Positions 1 through 11,639 of a DNA stretch of 64,000 nucleotides are shown one piece after another. The notes beneath the pieces were generated by a model that made no database searches, was not told the DNA's origin, and was given only the letters and a program-made list of their open reading frames with translations. A program made the position numbers and the translations under genes. Numbering within the stretch: the stretch's first letter is position 1; every line of letters starts with the position of its first letter. The stretch spans positions 248,001 to 312,000 of the forward strand of contig CM068769.1 in NCBI GenBank assembly GCA_035084275.1, given 5' to 3'. This stretch comes from Hydrolagus colliei (lineage: Eukaryota).

Positions 1-5
1 GCCTT

Positions 6-12
6 CACTGTG
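6..12 (-). other. RSS heptamer CACAGTG of V segment A (spacer and nonamer lie outside the window)
   Basis: Minus strand reads ...TGT GCA CTG AGG CC|CACAGTG AAGGC directly after YVCALRP. Confidence 0.85.
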
Positions 13-307
13 GGCCTCAGTGCACAAACATAGGCAGCGGTGTCGCTGAGCTGGAGGTTGTCGATCTTGAACTGGAAATGTTTCTTGGAGGAATCCATCA
101 GGGCAGAGAAGCGTTCCTGACTGATATCCTTCCCGTAAGAATGCCTTTGGATGTGGAAAGCGGGCCCTTCACTGCGGCGCTGGCGGTACAGCAGCACTGA
201 GATGCTGTCAATAGTCGTGGAGACATTACAGCTGATAGTCAGTGAGGCGCCTTCCAAACGCCAGGCTGCTTTCGGGCTCTGTCTCACCGAATCTCCATCA
301 CTGATTC
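13..307 (-). CDS. TCR alpha/delta-type V exon, family 3 (segment A); open frame; conserved Trp41 replaced by Leu
   Basis: Acceptor cctgtag|GA. Phase-1 translation GISDGDSVRQSPKAAWRLEGASLTISCNVSTTIDSISVLLYRQRRSEGPAFHIQRHSYGKDISQERFSALMDSSKKHFQFKIDNLQLSDTAAYVCALRP, then heptamer. Not in the ORF track. Confidence 0.88.
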
Positions 308-400
308 CTACAGGAAACAATTGTATTATTCAGCGTTGAAACGATTAATAGTAAGTTAGAAAACAAACGCTATTGTGTGCCACATTTCATACAGTATACG

Positions 401-732
401 TAGCTCCTGTGTATCATTGGGCATAGCACGCGCCTTACAAACGTGAGACATTTGTTCAAATCCAGGCAGTTCAGGGCGAAATTTTGGACAAGTATCCTAC
501 GTCCACTTACGCGATTAATAATAATCCCTCCGAAAAAAATACAATGTTATGATGAAAACTGGTAATTTGCAATCCACAAATGTTTGTGGGAACGCTGCTG
601 TGTGCAATTGGCTGCCGCGTTTCGCCAAAAAATATACATTCAATTCACTTTAAAGTATATTATGTGAAGCGCATCGAGACGTCCATAAGTTGTGAAAAGC
701 GCTATATCAAATCAACGATTATAATTACTATA
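401..732 (+). mobile_element. tRNA-derived DeuSINE (SacSINE1/AmnSINE-like) in the intron of V segment A
   Basis: tRNA-like head (TAGCTC...GTTCAAATCC), Deu-like core gctgctgtgtgcaattggctgccgcgtttcgcc, L2-like tail gaagcg...gtgaaaagcgctatatcaaat. Confidence 0.75.
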
Positions 733-734
733 TA

Positions 735-1703
735 CTATGATACACTTTGAGACGCTTTGGGAATTTCGTCACCCAGGGATATATTTTGTTTTACAAGATG
801 AAGGTCTGTAAGAATTGCAAGCCATCTGCAAGAGGATATAGACAAATTGGTAAAGTGGGCAGACACATGGCAGATGAAGTTTAATGCAGAGAAGTGTGAG
901 GTGATGCATTTTGGCAGAAGAAATGAAGGGAGGCAATATAGGCTAGATAGTACAATTTTAAATGGTGTGAAGGAACAGAGAGACCTGGGGATTTGTGTTA
1001 GTGACTCGTTGAAGGTGGCAGGACAGGTAGACAAGGCTGTTAAGAAGGCATATGGGATACTAGGCTTTATAAATAGGGGTATAGAGTACAAAAGTCAGGA
1101 AGTGCTGACTAATCTCTATAGGACTTTGGTGAGGCCTCAGCTGGAATACTGTGTTCAATTCTGGTCACCACACTACAGAAAGGATGTGAAGGCATTGGAA
1201 AGGGTACAACGAAGATTTACTAGGATGGTGCCAGGATTGAGGGACTTCAGCTATGAGGAGAGGCTAGATAGGCTAGGGTTATTCTCTCTGGAGCAGAGAA
1301 GATTGAGGGGAGACCTAATAGAGGTTTATAAGATCATGAGGGGTTTCGACAGGGCAAATAGAGAAAAACTATTTCCACTCGTGGGTGAATCTGTGACTCG
1401 TGGTCACAGATTTAAAATAGTTTCAAGGCGCAGTAGAGGGGAGCTGAGGAGAAATTTTTTCACTCAGCGAGTTGTTCGAATCTGGAATGCATTGCCTGAA
1501 AAGGTGGTGGAGGCTGATTCGATAACAACTTTTAAAAGGGAATTAGATCTTTATTTAGGGAGAACGGGTCTATTAGGCTATGGGGAGCGGGCAGGGCAAT
1601 GGGATTGAATCGCTCTTTTCAAAGAGCCGGCACAGACTAGATGGGCCGAATGGCCTCCTTTTGTGCCGTAAAATTCTATGATTCTATGATTCTATGATTC
1701 TAT
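735..1703 (+). mobile_element. CR1-clade LINE 3' fragment (RT C-terminal part, 3' UTR, ATTCTATG tail)
   Basis: ORF 847-1608 (WQMKFNAEKCEVMHFGR...RPQLEYCVQFWSP...FFTQRVVRIWNAL) followed by (ATTCTATG)x4. Confidence 0.93.
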
Positions 1704-1992
1704 GAATTTGTCAGTCGTTTGAAAATGAAATTCCATCGATCTGCAAATGAAAAACAGTAATAATAATCCATGAATCTTATATAGCGCTTTGCACGTTTTC
1801 TACACGTCATAAAACGCTTCACAGAATATACTTTAATGTGAACTAACTGCGGATTTGTGGGTGAAACTCGACAGTCAATTGTGCACAGCAATCTTACAGT
1901 ATACATGGTTAAAGGAGACTCTGTTTTGAGATTACCCGTGGTACCAGCATTGACTGGATGGGCTGTCGGTAATGATATCTAGATGAACTAAC

Positions 1993-2041
1993 CATATAGT
2001 GAGATTGCGATGGCTGCAGAGAGCATATATCCCAACTGCAT
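1993..2041 (-). CDS. Leader exon of V segment A
   Basis: ATG at 2041, MQLGYMLSAAIAISLY+G, 49 nt (phase 1), donor G|GTTAGT; phase fits the V exon at 307. Confidence 0.75.
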
Positions 2042-2150
2042 TACTTTCAGACACCAAAAACTGCGTTTATGTCTCTGCTTCTCTTGACACCGTGTGACAC
2101 TGAGGCCACAGATGTAGCTGAGAACCGTTTGTGATGTTGTCTCTTATGTG

Positions 2151-2159
2151 TGCGTCACT
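2151..2159 (-). promoter_or_regulatory. CRE-like/TCR V promoter element AGTGACGCA about 110 bp upstream of the segment A ATG; TGACGCA also at 3828-3834 and 25401-25407 upstream of family-1 leaders
   Basis: Same motif at a similar distance upstream of three leaders from two V families; CRE-like elements are known in TCR V promoters. Confidence 0.5.
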
Positions 2160-2753
2160 ATCTCGTCCCTCTAGCTGCTGTGGGCGTGTGGGATTGCTAC
2201 TATCAGGTTCACGGCATCAACGTGCTCATTTGAATCTGAGTATGCACACCCACAAAATATGGTGTCAATTCACTTCATGGGATAGTCTGTAAAGCTCTTT
2301 GAGAAACATGAATGGTAAGGCGATTGATCAGATGAAAACATAATTATCATAACGACTTATTTCCTCCTCAAAATCTCTCTTGTTCAGTCTCCATTACAAA
2401 TAAACTATTTTATATTTTTTGTAATACCAATATATCCAAACCAGCTTTATATCTCGACAAAACACGTAAAAGTTGCACAAATAAAAGCAACGTTGACTAC
2501 ACACTTCGTGTTTCTTTGAATTCAGTTTGTAAGTCATTATTAATAACAAAGTTATTTTGAAGGAATTATATCTACTGTAGATGAACCCAGTCACCAGCTA
2601 CTGCGAAGCGGGATACTACTGACTCCTGTCTAAACAGAGGTATACATAGATTAAGAAAACGTGTCCAAAGTTTTGCGCTGCAGGTAGTCGAACCCAATGC
2701 ACTTGCTTGCTAGGCGACTGTTCTCACTTCTGAGCTAGAGGAAACGGCATGAT

Positions 2754-2792
2754 AGTTTTTGTAGGGCGGCAACGCTAGTCTGTGTTTCTGTG
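2754..2792 (-). other. 23-RSS of V segment B: CACAGAA-23-ACAAAAACT
   Basis: Heptamer 2786-2792, spacer 2763-2785, nonamer 2754-2762. Confidence 0.85.
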
Positions 2793-3650
2793 CACAATAA
2801 TACACCGCCGAGTCTGTGACACTCACTTGGGATATATTTAATGCGATGGTTCTCGCCACTTTATCCACTGAAGCTGAGAAACGTTCTTCTGCACAATCTG
2901 CATATCTCGGCTTGCTCCTGGTTGATGTGCTGAGGATATGTTCTGGTGGTTTGTTAGGATAGTGACGGTACCAGAAGAGACAGTCTGTGTCAGCGTTTCT
3001 TGCTGTATAATTACACTGAAGATACATATCCATCCCCTCATTCTCTGTTACAGCAGATGGGAGCTGTGGCACTGTTTCGCCTCCACAATGTCCTGTGAAA
3101 TAGACAAAAATCAGCGTTCAATACAGTAACAATACTAATGTTGTATTTGATATAGCGCCGTATAAAGTCATTGAGACATCCGCAAGCTCTTAACAGAATA
3201 TATGTTGCCTCTATTTTGGGGGTGAGTGTGGCAGATAGCTGAGTATACCATCGTAGCACAAACGGTCATGGAATAAGTGGTCATATTATTATTCGTAACT
3301 GTTTATCTGAAGGAGACAAGACCTTATTAAAGTGGTCGTCCAACAGAATAAGATATATCGAGTACATACTTACTGCTCGTTAAGCAGTTATGTATAAGTG
3401 TGTAGAACAAGGAAACTTGCAGTGTCGTCCTGTCCCACCGCGAAACTAACACATTTCCTCCTGCATCCTGAACGAGTGTTCCAACCACTGGCTACAGGAC
3501 ACCACGTATCCACAAGTGCTATAGTGTATTGGTTATTCCATGCAATAAAACTTTGGCTTTCGAAAACATGTAAAGGGATTGCATCCATATGGAGTAGGTT
3601 TTTGGCTTATCTGTGAAAGTAATGATGGCGGCTGCCACATATATGTACAT
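2793..3650 (-). pseudogene. TCR alpha/delta V family 1 (segment B): leader 3611-3650, V exon 2793-3092; splice donor mutated GT>AT
   Basis: Leader MYIYVAAAIITFT ends G|ATAAGC whereas paralogs have G|GTAAGC. V exon is open (LQCNYTARNADTDCLFWYRHYP...DSAVYYC). Confidence 0.85.
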
Positions 3651-4295
3651 TGTCGTCTGTGTTAATGGCACCATGTGTTGAGAGAGCGCTGGTGGTTTAG
3701 TTGGAGAATGTTGGCTGGGAAGCATTAAGATACCGTGAGGAGGGCTGAACATGCATAAAACAGGTTGCCATACACTGTGAGAGAGCAGGTCTGAGATTTA
3801 CGTACAACGTTTGTGTCTCTGTCATTGTGCGTCACCTTCTCTGCTCTGCCATCTCGCTCCTCCATTGGTTCTCCTCCAAAACTGACATGCCTTTGGTTAA
3901 CTGGATGACAGATACCTGCAGCAAAATAGACCGATAGATGCATTAAATGTCGTCCAAACACATACGTGAGTTCCACTCATCTGTACCATCTGTGGACTCA
4001 TGTAGTTTCATGGTATCAACACTTGCCTTACAAGCACGTTGCCTGCGCTTGATGCCTGCCAGGGCGACATGTTGGTTAAGTTTACTTACGCCACACACCG
4101 ACCTCGGTTTAACGAGAGTAAGTAGGAATACGGTTGTTAATCGATTAATGAGTAACGTTTCAGCGAAACAATATCTCCTAACATAGGAAACTCGACCCAT
4201 GTCTGTTTATAGGACGATCTTGTGCAGAACTAAATGCCTCGTTTATCCTGCAAAACGAAAAGTAAGTACATTTTACATTGTACACTATGAAGTGA

Positions 4296-4430
4296 NNNNN
4301 NNNNNNNNNNNNNNNNNNNNNNNNNNNNNNNNNNNNNNNNNNNNNNNNNNNNNNNNNNNNNNNNNNNNNNNNNNNNNNNNNNNNNNNNNNNNNNNNNNNN
4401 NNNNNNNNNNNNNNNNNNNNNNNNNNNNNN
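4296..4430. other. Assembly gap (135 N)
   Basis: Run of N. Confidence 0.99.
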
Positions 4431-4842
4431 AAATAGGTAGGAGGAGGTGCTCAGAGGAACTCCCACAGTGTGTGTGTGTACAGGGTTAGATAATTCCTTT
4501 ATTTGTGTTGATCCCGGTCCTCACATCAAAAGCACTCAAGTATCTCGCACCATCCTACATTCGTGACATACTATCCCTCCTATCTCCTTACCAACCTGCC
4601 CGCCCACTTATTTCGGCTTGCTTTGACCTGCTCCACGTCCCCCGACCCACCCGCCCACCCATTGGTGGGCGAGCCTTCAACCACTCTGCCTCAAACCTCT
4701 GGAACTCAATCCCGAATTCATTCCGCCATAGGTTGTACTGAGAAGTGAATTGACTGTAGGCGCTACTGCATAAATGTGGCAACCCAATTCCTCTATGTTG
4801 TAATCCTAGTGCTATACCCATTGAGCTGTGGTAACCTCAGCA

Positions 4843-4881
4843 TGTTCTTGTACAGGTCCTTCGTAATCACACAACACTGTG
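4843..4881 (-). other. 23-RSS of V segment C: CACAGTG-23-ACAAGAACA
   Basis: Heptamer 4875-4881, spacer 4852-4874, nonamer 4843-4851. Confidence 0.88.
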
Positions 4882-5155
4882 CTCACTGCACATAAGTAAG
4901 TGGCGGAGTCAGACACTCGCACGGCTCGGATCGATAAGGTGCTGTTTTTTCCAACAGTCAAAGCATAAATCCTCTCCTTCTCCCTCATCTCTCTCGTTCC
5001 CAACACCAAGTAAGTGATGGAGCAGTTCCCATGCTGTTTGTACCAGTGAAACCTTGGTTTGGACACCGTTTTGCTGCACTCCATAATTACATTCCCATTT
5101 TCATTCTCTGTCAGAGCCTGCTGTGTCTGTGACACTTCGCTTTCAGCCAAGACAC
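4882..5155 (-). CDS. TCR alpha-like V exon, family 2a (segment C); apparently functional
   Basis: Acceptor ccag|GT; GVLAESEVSQTQQALTENENGNVIMECSKTVSKPRFHWYKQHGNCSITYLVLGTREMREKERIYALTVGKNSTLSIRAVRVSDSATYLCAVS; Cys/Trp/Cys intact; RSS follows. Confidence 0.9.
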
Positions 5156-5955
5156 CTGGTGACATAGAACATTCGTAGATAGTATTTCATACAATGTCTG
5201 CAATAAATTTTTTAATTATCTACCAGGAAAACCAGGATGCGTGTGTCCAATCTGATACTCTATTTACACAAGATTGTTGCAATTAAATAAAAAATCATAT
5301 ACGGTGCATTAAAATCCTGCTTCATTCTCAAGTCTTTTCTAATTGCGTCAAAATGTCTGATTGATGTACAGCGGGATATCAGCTACAGGCCGATAAATGT
5401 TTGCAAATTTTTGTGGAACGCAGTTAGCCATGCAGATTATAAGTAGATTCTCGGTAACACCTTCACACACTTCTCACTTCCTGTATGTTTGCCTATGCAG
5501 AATTCATTCGCCAATTGGCTAGCCACTTGCTGCTGGTTAGCGGAGGTTTGCATGTGTGTCAAGATAGCAAACGTGACTTATGTTTCTCCCACCCAAATTG
5601 GTTCCCAATGAGGAGATATTTTGGGCAACTATACTAACTCCATACACACACCTCAGTTTAGCTTAGAATAAGGAGGAAACCGCAGCTTAGTCCATTGGTG
5701 GATCACTTTGCTGGGGATAATATTCCCCATCTCCAAAATGTTCTGCATCAAAGGCAAGCAACACTAAAATAATCAATATTATTATTGATAGTATACTTAT
5801 TACCAATATTATTATTAATATTGCTGTCCAGTCATCTATGTAATTGATTGTACGCCTTGAAGCATGTAAGCAGTATAAGTTTTCTGCCCCTAGGTTAAAT
5901 TAAATGTTGTCAGTTTTATCGCGTTCCCAATCTATACTAAAACAAACTACCTTAC

Positions 5956-6040
5956 CGTAGTTAACAAAATCGAATGCAATTGTTAACACAGTGAGATCCG
6001 CTGGAAGGCGGATGCTTATGTTGGAGAAAGACAACAACAT
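5956..6040 (-). CDS. Leader exon of V segment C
   Basis: ATG 6040, MLLSFSNISIRLPADLTVLTIAFDFVNY+G, 85 nt (phase 1), donor G|GTAAG; homologous exon at 20823-20906. Confidence 0.75.
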
Positions 6041-6172
6041 GAATATATGACATCCCAATTACTTTGCGAGCAAACTAAGTCTTGCGATTGCCATGGTTAC
6101 GGTTTAGACAAACCTTTGAAGATTTCAGCAGAAGCAGCAATAATACATGGGATGTAACCAATGTGGACTGTA

Positions 6173-6186
6173 ACAGGAAGCACCTG
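6173..6186. promoter_or_regulatory. ETS + E-box composite ACAGGAAGCACCTG upstream of the family-2a leader (identical copy at 21032-21045)
   Basis: Identical in both family-2a upstream regions, about 130 bp 5' of the ATG. Confidence 0.45.
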
Positions 6187-7712
6187 TTATAGATGTCAAG
6201 GAAATTGGTACAGATTAATGGAAAATGGCAAGCTATGTCAATTGCAGATGATGTTATATGTGTGTTTTGTCTGCTGTCTGCTGGTGGACTGTAGGTACTG
6301 CACGTGCATAAATTGAAAGTAAGTGTTTTTTGGCGGGCCCTGCATAATGCTCCTGTTCCCATTGTCTCTATTGGAAACTGATATCTTAGTCCCATTTACT
6401 TGCTTTGTCCTCCTATTGTCTGTGCTTTAATGGGACACTCGAATTCATTCTCATTCACAGCCTCTTACTGTGACATATCCCTGATCAGTGTTACTCCACT
6501 TTAAGTCTATTCCTTGCTCTGATCCTGTAATCGTTGATTATATTTTGATGCACCTTGAGCTGCCATTCACCGTTTACATGACTGCAGCACAATAGTTACA
6601 TGAGTGTAGCACCATTCAGTTTGGGATGGTGTCACAATACACTGTATTTACTACTACATCAACAATAGAATCACATTTGGGACATCCTCCCGACGTAACA
6701 GGCGCTATGTAAGTACAATTTTGTTGCTGTGGTTCACGTCGGATGGACGTCCGAAGCCGCTGAGCAGTCAGCTCGGGAACTGAGCAATGGAGCGGGCAGG
6801 GTAGTGGGGAGGGGTGTGAGAGAGGTAAAACTAGAGGGCGGGTGATAGGAACGACGGCGAAGAGTCGGGGGGACAGAAGGCATGGTCGAAGAGGAGGGAC
6901 TTGAGACTGGCTTTCAAGGAGGAGAGGGAGGTAGCCAGGCCTAGCGACTGTGGGATGGAGTTCCAGAGTTTAGTGGAAGAAAGCCCGTCCACCGATGATA
7001 GGGCGGGTCAGGCGGGGGACATGGGGCGGATCGGAGCCCGCTGAACGGAGGGGGCGTGGAGGTTCATAGGAGGACAGCTTGTAGGAGATTGGGATGGTAG
7101 GGGTGGCGACGGCTGGATCGCGGGACTGGCAAGGCCGTGAATGGCCTTGAAGTTGTGGACGAGGTGTTTGAATTCGAAAACTGGATGAGAAATGACAAAT
7201 AATCAGCGTTTTTATTTTTGTTGCCTCAATAATAAACGTTGTCCTCAATTCGTATTGCCTCATGGACCAACACAATCATGTGTTCAGTGTCTGCTCTTTT
7301 TCGAACTATTGATTGAACCTGTTGTACCTGCACATCCAGACCTAGTGTCATCTCTAATCCAAAGACGTCAAGCAGAGCATTGTGAATGCTGTGTATTAAC
7401 TGGCATGCCCATCGAACAGCCCAAGAAAGCAAGACTTTTGAAGCTATGTCAGTGACAATAAAATGATTATGTTTTATACTCACATTAATGCTTGCGTTTG
7501 ACTCAGCGCCATATCATACATTTTAAAGTACTTTTTACCACTGGAAAAGGACTGTACCAATTAACTAACAAACGTGTTTGAAATTAATACTGAGTAAACA
7601 TGGTGTAGTTTAAGAAAACTTCACCAAAGTTTCGTTCTCCATAGAATTGAACCCAGGTTCCTCGCTAGCGATATTAGTGATCTAACCACTGAGCTACAGG
7701 ACTACACTTGGT

Positions 7713-7753
7713 AATTTTTGTAGGGCGGAAGCACCGATCTGTGTATTACTGTG
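7713..7753 (-). other. Aberrant RSS of V segment D: CACAGTA-25-ACAAAAATT
   Basis: Spacer 7722-7746 is 25 nt versus 23 in paralogs B and G. Confidence 0.8.
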
Positions 7754-8594
7754 CAGCCCATTGCACAGTAATACACCGCCGAATCTGTAACTTTCACTTG
7801 GGTTATATTTAACGGGACAGTTCTACCCACTTTATCCACCATCGTTGAGAATCGTTTGTTGATAAAGTCGGCATATTGTGGTCTGTTGCTCGTGGACGTC
7901 GAAAGGATATATTCTGGAGCTGTGTTGGGATATTGGCGGTACCAGAACAGATAGGGAGTGTTAATCCTGGTTGTATAATTACACATCAGATACACACCCT
8001 GCCCTTCAATCACTTTCACAGTAGATTGGAGCTGTGTCACAGAGTCTCCTCCACAATGTCCTGGAAATCAGACACATGTCAGCGTTCAGTAGAATAACAA
8101 CAATAAGGTAGTTATGCAGGCGTATGACAAAGCTACGGTTTGCGTCTTCGCGTTGACTAAACGTCAATTATACTGAATATAGGTTAAAGTGTAGTGGCTG
8201 TTTACTTTGCGGTCAAAACATATTAGCCAATTTTACACAAGAGTGTTCAACAAACAGTCATGGATTGAGTAACTATATTATGATTATCAGTATCACATAC
8301 TTGGAGATAATTACCCCCCCATAAAAAAATCGGCCAATGGACCATGTTCAAAATTACTTCTCAGTATTCACAGCAATGAGTGATGAGTGACTAAACCTGC
8401 CTAATATTTCGCCCTGTCCCGGCTGTGAAGAACCCAGATACTCTCGATTGTGACAACTCTATAAGGCTTGTTTTGTATTCATTATGTTATGCAATAAACA
8501 CCGGGCTGGATAATAAGTGCAGTTGGCTGACTATAGAATGATTGCATGGCTTACCTGACAAGGCAGTGATGGCTGCTGCCACATATATATAGAT
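7754..8594 (-). pseudogene. TCR alpha/delta V family 1 (segment D): leader 8555-8594 with ATG>ATC, open V exon 7754-8060
   Basis: Leader reads ATC TAT ATA TAT GTG GCA...; an in-frame TAG upstream excludes another ATG. V exon LMCNYTTRINTPYLFWYRQYP...DSAVYYCAMG. Confidence 0.85.
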
Positions 8595-8944
8595 TGCCGT
8601 GTATTTGAAGCGCTTTGGGACGTTGATAAGTTGTGGAAAGCGCTATATCAAATGCAAGGATTATTATTATTATGTAACGGGCGCTGATGGTTTAGTTGGA
8701 GAATTTAGGCGAGGAAGCGGTAAGATAACGTGAGGAGAGCTGTACACTGAATGACATAGAGTGAGCAGGTCTCAGTTTTATCTACAAACCTTGTGTCACT
8801 GTCAATTTGTGTCATCTTCTTTGCTCACCCATCTCCCTACTCGATTTGGTTCTCTGCCATCACTGAAATGTCTTTGATCCACCGGGTGTCTGACACGCAG
8901 GAATATGGTTACTAGTCAGCCAGTGAGTACGAGAGGCTTTAGCT

Positions 8945-9245
8945 CCGTGCTTTAACTCGGTGTTCAGAGCACTTGCCTTTCAAGTGTGTGCTCGAATCCA
9001 GGCAGATCAGGGAGAAAGCGTGGACAGGTTTCCTTACACTATACACACTCCTAAAGATAATCCGTGCAAATAAAACCAACACAATAATAAAATTGATGAT
9101 TTCAATCCACGATTGTTCGTGGGTCTGGTAGCCGCCTTTCGCCCACAAATATACAGTCAGTTCACTTTACAGTATATTATGTGAAGCGCTTTAAAACCTC
9201 GATAAGATGCGAAAAGCGCTGTATCAATTGCAAGAATTATTATTA
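8945..9245 (+). mobile_element. DeuSINE-like SINE (representative; similar copies near 18685-18970, 28420-28715, 30110-30410, 47560-47760 on +, and 20160-20350, 44690-44850, 48170-48475, 48880-49170, 62560-62720 on -)
   Basis: Shared head, core and L2-like tail; boundaries approximate. Confidence 0.7.
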
Positions 9246-9814
9246 ATTCCTGTTTCCTTTCCAGGAGCATCATTCTCTTGTTAATTAAGTAACTCAAAAC
9301 ACGACTGTCTGTGGGACAATGCTGCTTTGTATGATTGGTTGATAATTGAGTAATAATGTTTCTTGAATGGATTAAAATCCTGGAAAAGGCGACATGCTAA
9401 TTGAAAATTAAATGGGGCCCTACTCACACTTCGGCAAACAGACAATAATACAAATAATCTATGCGTTTGAAATAGTGCCTTACCACGTCCTCGAGACGTC
9501 GAGGAGCGCTTCCGCGGTTGTACGTGTTTTGCGTTTACTGTCTATGTTATGGGTTAAATGCGGCACAATACTGCGCACAGCAGTGATTCACAAAAATTCG
9601 TGGATTGAAGTGATCATTTTAAGTTGGAATTATCACACGCGGAAAATCCATCCACTAGTAGATTAATAATCGGATTCCTATTTACTCCTGTGTACTCAGA
9701 AGTATGTGGTGTTAGAAAACAATGGCCGAGTTTTTGGCCTGCTGTGATACGAACCAGAAGTCTTATCGTTTGTGAAACGAATGTTTTAATCATTGAGCTA
9801 CAACAACCTAAGCA

Positions 9815-10136
9815 TGTATTTTTACAGGCGCCTCTTAGAAACGCAGCACTGTGCTCTCTGCTGCACAGATGTAAGTGGCGGTGTTTGTCACCCTCATGTC
9901 TCTGATTGCCAGTGTGCTGTTCTTCTCTTTTGTGTCAACCAAAGAACTTATCCTCTACTCCACCTTTACCTCTTTTTGTCCCAACACCAATAACCTTATG
10001 GAGCCATTTCCATACTGTTTGTACCATTGGAAGGACCAGACTTCTCCATTGGTCCTGCACTCTATAGATACATTTCCATTTTCGTTCTCTGTCATGGAAA
10101 GTGGTCTCTGTGTCACTTCGCTTTCAGCCAAAACTC
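9815..10136 (-). pseudogene. TCR alpha-like V family 2b (segment E): V exon 9854-10136 with TAG at 9955-9957; RSS CACAGTG-23-AAAAATACA; leader not identified
   Basis: GVLAESEVTQRPLSMTENENGNVSIECRTNGEVWSFQWYKQYGNGSIRLLVLGQKEVKVE*RISSLVDTKEKNSTLAIRDMRVTNTATYICAAE. Confidence 0.88.
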
Positions 10137-10972
10137 CTGGAAAATAGAAATGAATAATCTAGGAGAGAAGTTTGGGGAACACTAGCACCTCAATCGACAA
10201 ATTGTATGTTTTCACAGTAACACAAAGCTGTGATTCTCCGAATAAATAACTGACTTACAAAGCAATATTGTCACTATATTTACAAACATATATAATGGGT
10301 TGAAATTCGGCTTCATTCTCCGGTTGAAATGCAACGAGCGTTCGGGAGAACGCTGATGAACGTTTATACAAGGTTGTCTGGAGTTTTTCGCTGTGAAGGT
10401 GCTAATTATATTCTCGGTGACGCTTTAAACCACAGCTCACTTCCGGCATGTTTGCGTGTGGTAAATTCATTCGTTAGTAGACTATCATCAGTGCTCATGC
10501 TTGCTGCTCGCTAAACCGAGCCATGCGTGTGGACAAAAATAACATGCCGAGTCTTTCTGCGTAGTCCAGAAGGAATGCATTTCCATATATGCATTTACAA
10601 ATTCCAATCCCTGGGTGAATGGCACTTCCTCCTATTGCTAGAACCACCCTACTCGTCAGGAGTTTGACTTGCTGGTTTAATAGGAGCAGAGTGGAATGAC
10701 CCCCCTTTCCCAGTGACTTGTCTGCTCTTCTAGGTCATACTAACGATCCAGCCTGGTCTACCTGTCACCAGCAGTTTCGTGAAATACTGCGAACTTGTCT
10801 AACTACAGAACATGTCTACCTCTGTAACTGGACTAGATACCGGCACAGATGATTGAATGGATTCTGACATTCACTTGCAAAATTCCAGATCATCTGCCGT
10901 GAGAACTGTTTCCCTCCCAAAAGGAGAAGAAGTGATTGTACTCAGAACATTGTGGATATTTACACAGTACAA

Positions 10973-11005
10973 TGGCACCTCTTTCGGCAGTGAAGCGGTA
11001 CTGTA
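10973..11005 (-). promoter_or_regulatory. CTCF-like site with upstream (U) motif
   Basis: TACAGTAC-10nt-CCGAAAGAGGTGCCA. Confidence 0.45.
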
Positions 11006-11607
11006 GATTTTCATTTTTAATTGAGTACACAGTAACTGACATTTAATTACTACATTCCATCACGACACAACAACACCGGGAAAGATAAAGACGCCGGGAA
11101 TTTGTTTCTCTTTTTAACGTCTCTCTAGCAGTTGATGTTGAGAAAAAACTGAGACGTTGAGGAACAAAATTGACCCTTGAATTTGATTTAACGCTGTTCA
11201 CGTCTGATTGAAGGTTTTTGAGCGCTTCACAGAATAAACTTTACAGTAAATTGCCTGCAAATCTGTAGAAGAAATACGTCATACAGTTGGATAGTTGATT
11301 ATCTAGTAAACATTCGTGGATTGAAATGAGCATTTATTTTTTTTAAACCAGAAATACAGTCAATGGCATTCAGTGAGGAAATGATTATTTACACAACCGT
11401 ATGATAAGGAATGAATATGTATTGGTAAATTATAACACAACATTGAGGAAAATCTCTGACCTGTGGTCATAAGCAATCGAGGTTAAATAAACACCGATTT
11501 GCTCTGTGTTGTTCTTGAAAACGTAAGAATTTCTGTCGTGAATTATGTTAGAGCTGTAATACCGCAGTCAGCCTCTGGGCTGGTTGTGTCTTGAACACAG
11601 TGCAGAA

Positions 11608-11639
11608 CCGCCACCTGGTGGACATGTGCCTGTACAGCG
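11608..11639 (-). promoter_or_regulatory. CTCF site, near-consensus
   Basis: CGCTGTAC-10nt-CCACCAGGTGGCGG. Confidence 0.75.
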
